Of a stretch of 64,000 nt of DNA, positions 1 to 9,900 are shown one piece after another. Position 1 is the stretch's first letter. Each line of letters opens with the position of its first letter. The notes under the pieces were generated by a model. The model saw only the letters and a program-made list of their open reading frames with translations. It searched no databases and was not told the origin of the DNA. The translations under genes were made by a program, and so were the position numbers. Origin of the DNA: Deinococcota bacterium (GTDB taxonomy: Bacteria; Deinococcota; Deinococci; Deinococcales; Thermaceae); NCBI GenBank assembly GCA_041695225.1, contig JBGFRI010000003.1:1-64000 (forward strand). Reading direction: 5' to 3'.

Positions 1-190
1 CCGTTGAAGCCTTGCTGCAACTCACCAACCTGATTTGGCAGGTTAGCGAACTTTCCGACCTCGGTCCGTAAGCCGTTGAAGCCTTGCTGCAACTCACCAA
101 CCTGATTTGGCAGGTTAGCGAGCTTTCCGACCTCGGTTCTTAAGTCGTTGAACCCGAGCTGCAACCCACCAGCCTGATTTTGCAGGTTGA
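1..190. repeat. 72-bp tandem repeat (~2.6 copies) inside the coiled-coil CDS
   Basis: ccgttgaagccttgctgcaactcaccaacctgatttggcagg... at 1 and 73, with a diverged copy at 145. Confidence 0.9.
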
Positions 191-419
191 TGTTTGCTTG
201 CTCCAGCTTCTCCAGCCTGCCGCCAAGGTCAGTCCGCAGGTCGTCTACCCGGCCATGCAGGGTATCCATCCGGCCATGCAGGGTATCCATCCGATTGTTT
301 AGCCCGACCATCTCCTGGCGCAGGCCCTCCACCCGGCTATTTAGCCCGGTCAGCTCTTTACCCACGAAACCGTAGGCCGCCTCTAACTGCACCACCCGCT
401 CCTCCAAGGTCTTCTCCAC
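1..419 (-). CDS. Coiled-coil repeat protein, runs off the window start (not in ORF track)
   Basis: GAAAGGAGG SD then GTG at 419. Open frame MEKTLEERVVQLEAAYGFVGKELTGLNSRVEGLRQEM...; heptad repeat RMDTLHG x2 and 24-aa repeats LRTEVGKxANLPNQVGELQQGFNG. Confidence 0.75.
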   Translation of the reverse strand, partial: MEKTLEERVVQLEAAYGFVGKELTGLNSRVEGLRQEMVGLNNRMDTLHGRMDTLHGRVDDLRTDLGGRLEKLEQANINLQNQAGGLQLGFNDLRTEVGKLANLPNQVGELQQGFNGLRTEVGKFANLPNQVGELQQGFN

Positions 420-570
420 ACGCCCTCCTTTCAGTCTCCCGGGTGTCCCCCGAAGGAGACACCCGGCCTGAAAGGCCCGGCCAGGCCAGTATAGCACCGG
501 CCAGAAGGGCCAGGCGTCCAGATAGACCCGGGCTGTTCGGATTGTGTTTTGTTGCTAGACTCATCGGGTC

Positions 571-612
571 TATAACGCTTGACATGTAACGCCGCTCGTT
601 ATAATCTGGCTT
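571..612 (+). promoter_or_regulatory. higBA promoter with probable operator palindrome
   Basis: TTGACA 579-584 and TATAAT 600-605 (short 15-nt spacer); TAACG-N5-CGTTA inverted repeat; GTG start 7 nt after the -10 (leaderless). Confidence 0.6.
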
Positions 613-894
613 GTGATCAGGTCCTTCAGGGATCCGCAAACCCAGAAGGTCTTTTCCCGTGAGCGCTCGCGTAAGCTCCCACAGAACATCCAACAGGTCG
701 CCTACCGCAAGCTTCGTATGCTTAGCAACGCCCAGACGCTTGCCGACTTACACATCCCGCCGGCCAATCGGCTCGAAAAGCTAGCTGGCGACCGAGCGGG
801 ACAGTACAGCATCCGCATCAACGACCAGTGGCGCATCTGCTTTGAGTGGCATGATGGTGACGCTTACAACGCTGAAATCGTGGACTATCATTAG
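613..894 (+). CDS. higB: HigB/RelE-family toxin (plasmid maintenance killer protein)
   Basis: MIRSFRD...PPANRLEKLAGDRAGQYSIRINDQWRICFEW...EIVDYH signature. Confidence 0.93.
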   Translation: MIRSFRDPQTQKVFSRERSRKLPQNIQQVAYRKLRMLSNAQTLADLHIPPANRLEKLAGDRAGQYSIRINDQWRICFEWHDGDAYNAEIVDYH

Positions 895-909
895 CGAAAG
901 GAGGCAGCC

Positions 910-1215
910 ATGAATGAAGAAAGACTTGCACCGGTACATCCCGGTGAGGTGCTCTTAGAGGAGTTTTTGAAGCCTTTGGGCATCAGCCAGAACCGCCTGG
1001 CGCTCAGTATCGGCGTGCCAGCGCGGCGGATCAACGAAATCGTCCTCGGCAAGCGTGCTATCACCGCCGATACGGCGCTCAGGCTAGCCCGCTTCTTTGG
1101 GATCTCGCCGCAGTTCTGGCTGGGACTCCAGACCGACTATGACCTCGATGTGACTGTAGATAGGCTCGGTGACAGGCTCGAGCGCGAGGTGCATACCGTT
1201 CATGCAGGCCACTGA
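910..1215 (+). CDS. higA: HigA/VapI-family antitoxin (XRE HTH)
   Basis: PVHPGEVLLEEFLKPLGISQ...RAITADTALRLARFFG.SPQFWLGLQ; directly downstream of higB. Confidence 0.93.
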   Translation: MNEERLAPVHPGEVLLEEFLKPLGISQNRLALSIGVPARRINEIVLGKRAITADTALRLARFFGISPQFWLGLQTDYDLDVTVDRLGDRLEREVHTVHAGH

Positions 1216-1891
1216 TGGAGCAAGCAAACAAAAAGGTAGCGCTGATGAGCAAGTCCAGCATCATTCTGGCCTGGCAGTCCATGCCCCCGGAGATGGTTCG
1301 GGTGCTGCGCCCCATCACGAACCGGGTGCAGTACCGTGAGGCGCTGGCCCTGATGCGCCAGCTGTGGGACCAGGCCGAGACCGAGCCGGGCCTGGATACG
1401 TTGCTGGGGCTGCTGACCGAGCGTCTCCAGACCTACGAAGACCGCCGCTTCTGTCATTTTCAGAAATACCTGAGACGCATCAGGCGATAAAGACGGCTTT
1501 TGTACTTCTCTTTTACCTAAATAAGTGAGACAAAATTACTGCAATAACCGAGACGACGCTGGAAAGTGCTACAAATAAATGAGACGGTCCCACGCCAGCA
1601 AACTGTGAGCACAGGCTATGTCTCTGAAGTTGTCGCATTTATTTCTAGAATGTCTCAATAATTTCTGTAAATGACAGCTTCCCCATCCCCGACCCCAGTC
1701 CCGCCGAGGCCCTGCGCTTTCTGATGGATCAGCGTAGCCTGACCCAGGAAGAGCTTGCACAAAAGCTGGGAATACACCAGACCACCCTCTCGCGGCTCCT
1801 CAACGGCAGCCGCCTGCCCACCGCCCGGCAAGCCTCGGCGCTGGCGGCCTACTTCAAGGTTGACCCCAGCCTGTTCCTTGCGGCTGCCTGA
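1215..1891 (+). pseudogene. Second HigA-like HTH regulator interrupted by a miniature transposon
   Basis: N-half PITNRVQYREAL...LQTYEDRRF resumes in frame after the insertion as FPIPDPSPAEALRFLMDQRSLTQEELAQKLGIHQTTLSRLLNG...FKVDPSLFLAAA*. Confidence 0.85.
1452..1676. mobile_element. 225-bp non-autonomous Tn5053/Tn7-like miniature transposon (MITE)
   Basis: TGT...ACA termini; 25-bp imperfect TIR (TGTCATTTTCAGAAATACCTGAGAC / TGTCATTTACAGAAATTATTGAGAC); 5-bp TSD GCTTC at 1447-1451 and 1677-1681; repeated internal GAGAC boxes; AT-rich. Confidence 0.9.
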
Positions 1892-1988
1892 TCAGATCCT
1901 GCCTGTCCTGCCGGTGGCCGTCCCCGTGGTCGAGATGCCAGGGCTGAAGGGGCTGGCTGGGCATTAGCGAAGCGGGACAAGCAACCAG

Positions 1989-2723
1989 CTAGCCAGCATT
2001 TGCATCCAGGATGGCATCAATAGCAATTATTGCCAGCACCAGAATAATCCCCCACATCAAGCCAAGAAGAAAACTCCAGCGAGACCAGAATGAGGTCTGG
2101 ACGCTCGTTAATGAAGTCTGAGCGCTCGCTGGCTTGTATTTATTCTCGTCCTGTCTGTCTGTTGTTGGTTCCTGGGGGTGCAGTTCACTTTCCCTGAGCA
2201 GGCTATTAAACTCCCGGGCCCACTTCTTCTGGGTGGGCCTGTCCTGGTGGTTCCAGACCAGCAGGTCCGCCAGCAGTTCCGGCCAGTGGATGGGAATCCC
2301 CGGCTCATACGTGAGCGTTGCCATCAGCAGATTGAGCTGGTGTCCTACCTGTTTTGCCTCTGCTTCCAGTAGATCCAGAAAGTTCTGCTCAATATGCAAT
2401 CCCCTATCGCGGGCCAGGTAGAGCTCGGCCACAGTATGGCCCAGGCTGCGGCGCTTACCGGCCTGCTTTGGCGGCGTTGCCTTCCCGGCCTGGTCTGTCT
2501 TCCGCTCTAAAGACATCACCGCCCACAGCTTGGCTACCAGGGCGTGGGCCTGCCGCTCCCAGGGGTCTTTGCACCCGGCAGAGTCCAGGTACTGCTCCAC
2601 CAGCGGAGTGGTCGCTAAATACTCTGCACGATTCAGAAGACGCCGCAGCCGCATCAGGTCGGTAGGCTCGCCGTGCAGGCGCAGGTGTTCGATGAAGGCG
2701 GTGGCCGGGTCAGGGTTTTCCAT
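1989..2723 (-). CDS. Orphan Cas11/Cse2 (CasB)-like protein with C-terminal transmembrane helix
   Basis: Cse2 motifs PLVEQYL, ERQAHALVAKLWA, SLG, IEQNFLDLLEAE, IHWPELLADLLVW, TQKKWAREF; then a polar linker and hydrophobic FLLGLMWGIILVLAIIAIDAIL. ATG overlaps the upstream stop (TGATG). Confidence 0.8.
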   Translation of the reverse strand: MENPDPATAFIEHLRLHGEPTDLMRLRRLLNRAEYLATTPLVEQYLDSAGCKDPWERQAHALVAKLWAVMSLERKTDQAGKATPPKQAGKRRSLGHTVAELYLARDRGLHIEQNFLDLLEAEAKQVGHQLNLLMATLTYEPGIPIHWPELLADLLVWNHQDRPTQKKWAREFNSLLRESELHPQEPTTDRQDENKYKPASAQTSLTSVQTSFWSRWSFLLGLMWGIILVLAIIAIDAILDANAG

Positions 2724-3784
2724 CACCACCCCGCCGGCACCAGCCGGGGGTCAATGGGGTCATCACGACGGGGCCACCGTTGGTTGTCCACCCAGCCTGC
2801 AACCATCTGTACCACTGCCGGGTCAGTGATCTCGTCCAGGATCCACTCCCCCCGCTCGCAGCGCACACTGCCATCGGGATTGGTAAACCCGCCGAAGTTG
2901 CGCCCCGCCAGCCGCCAGACCCGCCGCTCCCAGGCTTTGGTATAGGGGCCCTGGCCCCTGGCGAAAGCCAGGAGGATAATCTCATTCAGCCGGTTGTTCA
3001 GGTGGTGGACATCCAGAGGCTGGTTGCTGGTTATGGCCCGGCTGAAGGGTGCGGTCGAGCCCGTCAGTGCAGTATACTTCCTATCCCGCCACAGTAGGTT
3101 GTAAGTCAGAGACGGAGGCCCGGTCCGGCTTACGTCGAAAAACTGCACCGCCGCCGCATTGAAGGCTCGGACATAGATCCCCCGCAGCCGCGCTGAGTCC
3201 ATATCCTGCTGGAGGCAGCCGATCATGGGGCCGAGGATGCCGGTGGTGTTGAGGGCGTTTCGAACTGGCGGGTTGGCCCAGGGGCTCCCGGTCAGCCCGG
3301 GCTCCCAGGGGAAGTGTTGGGTCCGATCATCAAAGACTACGTTCCCCACCGGAGCCTCAAACCGCCAGGGATTCTCATTGGTGTGCAGCTTGAAACGATA
3401 CTCCCAGCGGAACTTCCGCCCGCCATAGACCCGGTTCCAGGTGCGGTCCTCGCCGTAGTGAATGAAGTAACCTTCGGTGACACCCAGGCTTTCTATAGAT
3501 CTGCCCATACCGTCGGCTTCCGTTAAGTTTGGGGGAATACCGTACCACTGCTTCTTCTTCCCCCTACTCCCATCCGGGTTTATGGCCACGATGTAGTTCG
3601 CCATCTCGATACCCCGGGCTCCGGGGTACATCCAGAAGCCCAGGAAGCCCGCATTGTACCGCCACACCACCGGCATCCCGCTGGTGGGGTTCTTCACCTG
3701 GGCCGCAGGCGGTGTGGCTGGACGCTGGTTGCAGGCCGTGCCCAGCAGCAGGGGAGCAAGAAGCAGTAGAATGATTAGCTTCAT
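2723..3784 (-). CDS. Putative lipoprotein, unknown function
   Basis: MKLIILLLLAPLLLGTAC signal peptide/lipobox. Confidence 0.7.
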   Translation of the reverse strand: MKLIILLLLAPLLLGTACNQRPATPPAAQVKNPTSGMPVVWRYNAGFLGFWMYPGARGIEMANYIVAINPDGSRGKKKQWYGIPPNLTEADGMGRSIESLGVTEGYFIHYGEDRTWNRVYGGRKFRWEYRFKLHTNENPWRFEAPVGNVVFDDRTQHFPWEPGLTGSPWANPPVRNALNTTGILGPMIGCLQQDMDSARLRGIYVRAFNAAAVQFFDVSRTGPPSLTYNLLWRDRKYTALTGSTAPFSRAITSNQPLDVHHLNNRLNEIILLAFARGQGPYTKAWERRVWRLAGRNFGGFTNPDGSVRCERGEWILDEITDPAVVQMVAGWVDNQRWPRRDDPIDPRLVPAGW

Positions 3785-3836
3785 GAAATAAATTGTAGCA
3801 GACATTTTCGCTCCTGGCAGAATTGATGAGAAGCTA

Positions 3837-5378
3837 TCAGCGATCCTGGCACTGCCACCAGGTGCTTACCAACCAGCAGGTGCGGGGTCGCCAGGTTATC
3901 TGTCCGGTATGATTCGTCCCGGCCTGAGCGGTAAAGGGTAAACCGCTGATACTGTGAACCCGCCAGTAGTACCTTGTTGTACCATCATCAAAGAAGCGAT
4001 GTGTCTGGCCTACGTTCCAGTTCAGACTGTAGGTGTTTCCTGGAGTTACTTCCATAGTGTGCTGGCCCAGACCGCCACTCCAGACCCCGGCTCCATTTCG
4101 TAGCAAGGTCGTGTTGGGCGGTGGGGTGTTTTGAAAGTGGTAGTGGCCGTGGTTGTTATAATTGTAGTATTCCCGCCTTACCTCCAGATTGAGCATCGAG
4201 ACCCGCTCCCAGCGGTTCACTACCCGGATGGTCTGCATCGGCCCGGGATCGGGGTGGATCACCAGCTCGTTAACTGTTACCTCCCGCCCATATCGATCAG
4301 TGCGGGTTGCTGGCCTTTGTTCCACAGTCCCGCCCAGGGTGCGGCGGTCGTGTAGTGGGATACTGAACATGCCGGGCCGGGTGCGCTGAACATAGCGGTA
4401 GGTATGGCCGCTGGAGGAACTGGTGCGTACAGTTCCTACCGGTACTTCGGTGGTAGTATTTCGGACACAATTACCATTTTCATCGCACCATAAAGTGTAG
4501 TTCATGTGATTAACCACAGGTATCTCCGTTGCCCAGTTCATGTTATATCTGGACGTGTCCCTGTATACCGTGACTGAATTTGTCTGCGCCCAGCCGGCAG
4601 TAGCCGCCACCCCTGGATCAATACCTGCTGGAGCAGGATCCACGATTACCTGTAGTGGCCGGAGCATCGTGAAGTTTTCTCCCGCAATTCCTGTCGTACC
4701 TCCTGCACACCATATACGCAAACGAGAGTGATAGATCCCCCCAGGCTGCAACGAGCGGGAGTACAGGTAGAGGGGAGCATAAAATCCGCGAGCAGCACCG
4801 CATCCGCCGCCTCCACCAAATGTAAAGCGGTGCCACCGTCCGTCCAGCGGTATAACAGTGTTATAGGTCGTGGTCATTGTACCCATCGGGGGAAGCCAGA
4901 ATAAGGCTATTAGACCGCCGCTGGCTATGAAGGCTGCTCCCCAGAGAAGGTGCTGCCACATGGGTACGCCAGAAATGCTAGGATTATTGGTCAGCACCAC
5001 CTGCCCATTGTGGGTTAGTGAGCCGTCCCGTACCTGGACGGTAAAATCCACCCGCAGATACGCCACCTGCTGGTTGGTGTAATACTGGGTGACGGTCTGC
5101 TTTACTCCAGGCTCCAATGGCACTACCCGGCTGGCAGTATCAACTACCCGGCCCTCCCCATCCAGCGGCCTCATCATCTGCTCAATCCCCGCCGGGCGGG
5201 TCAGGGCGTAGATGGTGTAGCTCTTGGGGCTGCCATCCGGGTTGGGCCGCAGCTCTAAAAGCTGCCGCTCACCAAACTGCTCAATCACCGCCCTGTCCGG
5301 CAGGCTCATGGGGTCGGGTCGGGCCAGCCCTACGCCTGCCAGCAGGGCGGCCAGTGTGTATATACCGAGTCTTCTCAT
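3837..5378 (-). CDS. Secreted putative adhesin sharing a C-terminal domain with the giant pilin
   Basis: Signal peptide, beta-rich; C-terminal LLRNG..VW.GGLGQH...YW.VHSI.GLP.TAQAG...TG...WRP domain also found in 6962..11842. Confidence 0.7.
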   Translation of the reverse strand: MRRLGIYTLAALLAGVGLARPDPMSLPDRAVIEQFGERQLLELRPNPDGSPKSYTIYALTRPAGIEQMMRPLDGEGRVVDTASRVVPLEPGVKQTVTQYYTNQQVAYLRVDFTVQVRDGSLTHNGQVVLTNNPSISGVPMWQHLLWGAAFIASGGLIALFWLPPMGTMTTTYNTVIPLDGRWHRFTFGGGGGCGAARGFYAPLYLYSRSLQPGGIYHSRLRIWCAGGTTGIAGENFTMLRPLQVIVDPAPAGIDPGVAATAGWAQTNSVTVYRDTSRYNMNWATEIPVVNHMNYTLWCDENGNCVRNTTTEVPVGTVRTSSSSGHTYRYVQRTRPGMFSIPLHDRRTLGGTVEQRPATRTDRYGREVTVNELVIHPDPGPMQTIRVVNRWERVSMLNLEVRREYYNYNNHGHYHFQNTPPPNTTLLRNGAGVWSGGLGQHTMEVTPGNTYSLNWNVGQTHRFFDDGTTRYYWRVHSISGLPFTAQAGTNHTGQITWRPRTCWLVSTWWQCQDR

Positions 5379-5381
5379 TAT

Positions 5382-6947
5382 TTACCTCCAGGCGCACCGG
5401 TAGATGTTAGCGCGGGGATCAATCGGGTTGCCATTATTTAGGGTACTGGTCGGCTGGATACAGATCCGGGGCGTGGCTACGGCTGTGCCTGTGCCAGTAA
5501 AACGCACATTCAGCTCCACCCGGCCCGGGAAGGCCAGGAATGTATAACGTACCGCTGCTGCTGCCTCCCCCCCGCTGGGCACATCCACATTGCTCTGGCT
5601 CACCGGCTCCGGCTCCCAGGTGCCCCGGTTCTGGGGGTCGGGTACGTTCTGCTGCCAGGTCAGGGTGTACCGGCCTGCTTCAACCGGTAGCAGATGCTCC
5701 CCAGCAGCCAGGCTCCAGGTATACGAAGCGAAGGTTCCAGCGGCATTCAGAGTCGCGCTCACTCCCGCCGGCAGCCCCTCTACCCGCACCCGCAGGCTGC
5801 CGGTCACGCGGGCGTACCGCACCTGGGTTACAGGGCGGTTGGCCCCGCCCACCGCTACGCTCAGGCTGGTGCCTTCTGGCGGGCTGGTAGGCCGGTAGAC
5901 CACGAAGGGGAGAGCCGGATTAGTTACACTCGAGGCGCTCAAACTGTACTGCCCCTGCTGGAGGCCGCTCAAAGTAGTGCTGGCGGTCAGGGTGCGGGCA
6001 AAGCCAGCGGGGCCGGTCACGCTCACACTGGCCGGCACCCCAGGATCTAAGCCGGTGATCTCAATCCGCCAGTCCCCGGCGGCTACCGGCGCGGCTACGT
6101 CCAGAGGATTGCAGTCCAGGTGGCGCAGGCCCAGGCCGGCGTCGCCCTGGAAGAGCAGGTCGCTGGAAAGCTGGCGCTGGGCCTCTCTTGCACCCGCCCC
6201 CACCCGGGCCTGGAAGCCCAGGGCCAGGCCGGCCAGCTCAAACCGCTGGCCCCCGGTCTGCCGGAAAAGGGCCGGGCTCGTCTCGTGCAAGGTCTGCCCG
6301 TCAGCGGCTCGGAAGATATACCGGATGGCCGGTGCGCCGCTGCTCATCAGTACCTCGGGGCTCCCGTCGTCCTGCTGGAAGTAAAGCCGCTCTGCGCCCA
6401 GGGTCCCCTGCCCGGCAAAGCTGTTCAGGGCCGCCCCGCTGCCCAGCCGGGCCAGGCTGGCCCCCACCCCGCGCAGGCCCTGGCCGCCGGGTACAGCACA
6501 GGCTGTCCCTTCAAGCTGCCAGGTCCCGGTAGCGGCGTCCAGAGCTACCACCCGGCTTAAGGTGTAGACGTAGCCGTTGCCGCCCGAGTCCACCACCACC
6601 GCCCGGCGTAGGGGCCGGGGGTCGTAGGCCGGGTCCAGAAAGCGCACCGTGAGGCCGTTAGAACCCACTCCCAGCACCTTGAAGCGGCTCTGGTTAATTG
6701 CCTGGAGGAACTCCACTCCGGCAGGGCCGCCCCGCAGCGGCAGCAGGAACGGCTGCTCGGCCATTACCTGCTGCACTACACCGCTTGCCCGGCGCAGCTC
6801 GGCCTGCAAGCCGGTAGTTTGCAGTACCGCCTGCTGCTGCTCGTTGGTGGCCGTCGCCAGCCGGATGGTAGCGGTGGCTACCAGGCCGGCTAAGGCCATA
6901 GCCAGGAGTAGCTCAACGATGGTCAGTCCCTGTCTCAGCATCATCAT
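5382..6947 (-). CDS. Prepilin-type (PilW-like) minor pilin with Ig-like repeats
   Basis: RQG|LTIVELLLAMAL class III signal; C-terminal beta repeats (GSLRVRVEGLPAG). Confidence 0.8.
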   Translation of the reverse strand: MMMLRQGLTIVELLLAMALAGLVATATIRLATATNEQQQAVLQTTGLQAELRRASGVVQQVMAEQPFLLPLRGGPAGVEFLQAINQSRFKVLGVGSNGLTVRFLDPAYDPRPLRRAVVVDSGGNGYVYTLSRVVALDAATGTWQLEGTACAVPGGQGLRGVGASLARLGSGAALNSFAGQGTLGAERLYFQQDDGSPEVLMSSGAPAIRYIFRAADGQTLHETSPALFRQTGGQRFELAGLALGFQARVGAGAREAQRQLSSDLLFQGDAGLGLRHLDCNPLDVAAPVAAGDWRIEITGLDPGVPASVSVTGPAGFARTLTASTTLSGLQQGQYSLSASSVTNPALPFVVYRPTSPPEGTSLSVAVGGANRPVTQVRYARVTGSLRVRVEGLPAGVSATLNAAGTFASYTWSLAAGEHLLPVEAGRYTLTWQQNVPDPQNRGTWEPEPVSQSNVDVPSGGEAAAAVRYTFLAFPGRVELNVRFTGTGTAVATPRICIQPTSTLNNGNPIDPRANIYRCAWR

Positions 6948-6961
6948 CTACCTCGTCAGAC

Positions 6962-9900
6962 TTACCAGACACGCGAGTAAGGCCGCCAGACCAGCTCACC
7001 CGTATAAACCTCCCCAGCCTGGGCAGTAAGCGGCAGGCCAGTGATACTGTGGACCTGCCAGTAGAAGGACTGGCGTTGTGTACACCACCACCAGAACCAG
7101 CGAATGCACTCTGTACCGATGTAGTGCCGCTGGTCCACATGACGATTCAGACTGTAGTTGTTGGTCGGCATCAGGTTAATGTTGTTGTGCTGACCCAGGC
7201 CGCCCTCCCAGACCCAGGCCCCGTTACGCAGCAGGGCGGTGGTGGGTGGCAGTGTGTTTACGAACCGCCAATGTACGTGATAATGCTCCCGGCGGATATT
7301 CAGGTTGAGCACCGCCCGGTGCTCGGGCACGTAGGTGATTACCGCCTCGCTGGCCTGGCCGCTTTGTACCTGCACTGCGCTCGGGCCCTGCGGCGTAAAG
7401 GTGATCCCATGGCGCTGGGTGGCGCGGGCCTGGATGGTGTGGTTCCCCGGCCAGAGGAAGTTGACCACATGCCGGCCCGGACTGGTGAAATGCACTCCGT
7501 TGAAGGTTACATCTACCGGCACTCCCGGAGCGGCGTTGATCTGCAAGATTGCCGAGCCGGTGCTGGCGTAATGTACATGCAGGTTAGCCAGCTGCCCGGC
7601 GGTAACTGTGGCCCGGAAAGTGGAGTGCAGCGGCGCTACCCGGATCTGGCTGAAGGTAGCGCTGCCACCCACGTTGCCATGCGGCCCGTTGATCTGCACC
7701 CAGGGCACCAGCCGCAGGTCGCTGCGGTTACTGGTGTGTACCACCGTGCTGATGCAACGGCTCTGGCCCGGGTAGACCCAGAGCCCGCCGGGCCAGCCTG
7801 AGCCCCGCCACTCCCACTGGTGGTTAGCCGTCCCGCCGGGGAAAGGGCCTTCCATAAAGCCTACCTGGGCTGGGTGGGCCGCTCGGTTATCAATGCAGGC
7901 AAAGACGCCTACTGGGGTGTTTGCTCCTACCGGGGTCCAGTTCCAGCCGGTGGGGAAGCCATCCCGTGTAGAGAGGGTGTAGCTGCTGTTACCGGCCAGG
8001 TCCCGGCCCGGCAGATACCTGTACTGGATACCGTGTCCAGCATATCGGTAGCGGTTGTTGGGATGAGCGGTGTACTCACCCGGCGCTAGATTGTCGAAGG
8101 TCTGGTCGGCCTGGCTGACGTGCAAGCCCTGTGGCCCGGTTATGCCGTAGCCGGGTGCGAAGGGCAGGCCGGTAGTGATGGCCCGTAGCCGCCCGGTGGT
8201 GGCGGTGTAGGTTACGGTAAGAGTGGTGACCTGACCTGCCGTGACGGTGAAACCGGCCTGACCACTGGGCACCCAGGTCATTCCATCATGGCTGATATTA
8301 TCGGCCTGCACCGCATAGCCGCCGGGGGCCAGCTCAAAACCAGCGGTGCCGCTGAAGTTGTGCAGTACCGCCCCGCCCTGCACAATCCGCAGGGCCGGGG
8401 TTGCTCCTGCCGGCACTCCCAGCACGTTAACCTGTACCCGGCCAGTGATGGCGGCGTAGCTCAGGTTCACTGCTACGGTCTGGCCTTCGGCCAGCGAGTA
8501 GTGTCCAGCATTCCCGCTGGCCCGCCAGGTAAAGCCGTTGGCGGCGAAGTCCGGGGTGCTCAAAGTGTAATTACCCGGCAGCAGATATGGAGTGGTAGTG
8601 ACTCCGTTACCCAGGGTTCCGCTATGGTTGCTGGGCCCGGCCAGGCTGAACGGGGCCTGAGTGTTTCCTGGCAGGCCGCTCACGTTGAAGCGGAAGTTTC
8701 CTGCCACTCGAGTGTAGACCAGCTCCACCACGATAGTCTGTCCAGGAGCCAGGCTGAAGCTACCGGGATTCACCGTAGCCCGGTAAACAAAGCCGCCGTG
8801 ATTCAGGTTGGAGGCGGTCGCGGTGTAGCTGCCGCTAACGATTTCAAACCGGCCTGGGGCCGTGAAGGTGTAATCACGGGGGCCGCGCAGCGCCAGGCTG
8901 TAGGGAACCGGCGGCGCACCGGTCACTCGGAGTTCCACGAAGCCGGACTGCTTAACATAAACAGCACTGGCTGTAGCAGTCTGGCCGGCCACCACCGTTA
9001 CCCGCTGTTCCGGCGCAAGGTAGTCGAAGCCAGCCGCATCCCGCACCGTGAGCGGCTCTATCCGGTACTCACCGGGCAAAATATCCTCAAGCAGTGTCCC
9101 AGGGCCGACTGTGGCTACCAGACTGCCGCCTAGCCAGACCCGGGCGCTGGGGGCCGGCATCCCTTCGGGGCCGCTCAGGTTGACCCGCAGAGCGCCCGTT
9201 GCTGGCGCATAGGCCACGCTCAGGCTGCGGTTCTCGCCGTGGGCCAGCGTGAAGCTCTGAGCAGTAGCTCGGAAGGTGTAACTGCCGTGGCGGACTGGCT
9301 CGGGGGTCAGGGTGTAGCTACCAGTGGGCAGAGGACTCAGCGAACCACCAGTAAAGCGGTGATCCAGGCCGCTGCCTACCAGCCGCAGGCTGGCGGTAGC
9401 GCCTGTGGGCAGGCCGGTTACAGCTACATTCAGACCAGCTTGCTGCCGTACATACCGCACCTCGGCCAGGCCCGTCTCCCCGGCGGCCAGGCTCAGGCTG
9501 ACCGGGGCCGCCCGGTAGGTAAACCGGCCTGTCCCGACTGGGGTCGGTCTGTCGCGGGTTACATCGTGGGGGGTTAAGGTGTACGCACCGGGGGCCAGGA
9601 AGTCCAGGATGGTGCTGCTGTCCAGGGTGCGGCTGGTGGGGCCGCTCAGGGTCATGGGGGTTGGGCCCTCTACTCCAGTTACCCGGACCTCAAGACGGGC
9701 CGTGCTGCGGGTGTACCGCACGGTAGCGGTATGGGTCTGGCCTACTGCCAAACTGAAGCTGCCTCCTGTGATGGTGGGGGTGTAGCGGAAGCCGCCCTGG
9801 TCTACCGGGTCGGCACTTAACACATAATCACCGGGCAGCAGGCTGTAGCTGCCGCCGGTGCTCAGGGTCTTGTTCATGGGCCCGGACAGCCGCATCGGTG

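Noticed and set aside
1375..1406. Possible target of array-2 spacer 1 about 40-45 bp upstream of the MITE insertion (CAST-like spacing)
   Set aside because: Only about 16/32 identity, with several mismatches in the seed; consistent with chance in GC-rich DNA.
3840..7320. Diversity-generating retroelement or shufflon acting on the shared adhesin C-termini
   Set aside because: Both copies are coding and broadly diverged rather than adenine-specific; no reverse transcriptase or shufflon recombinase seen.
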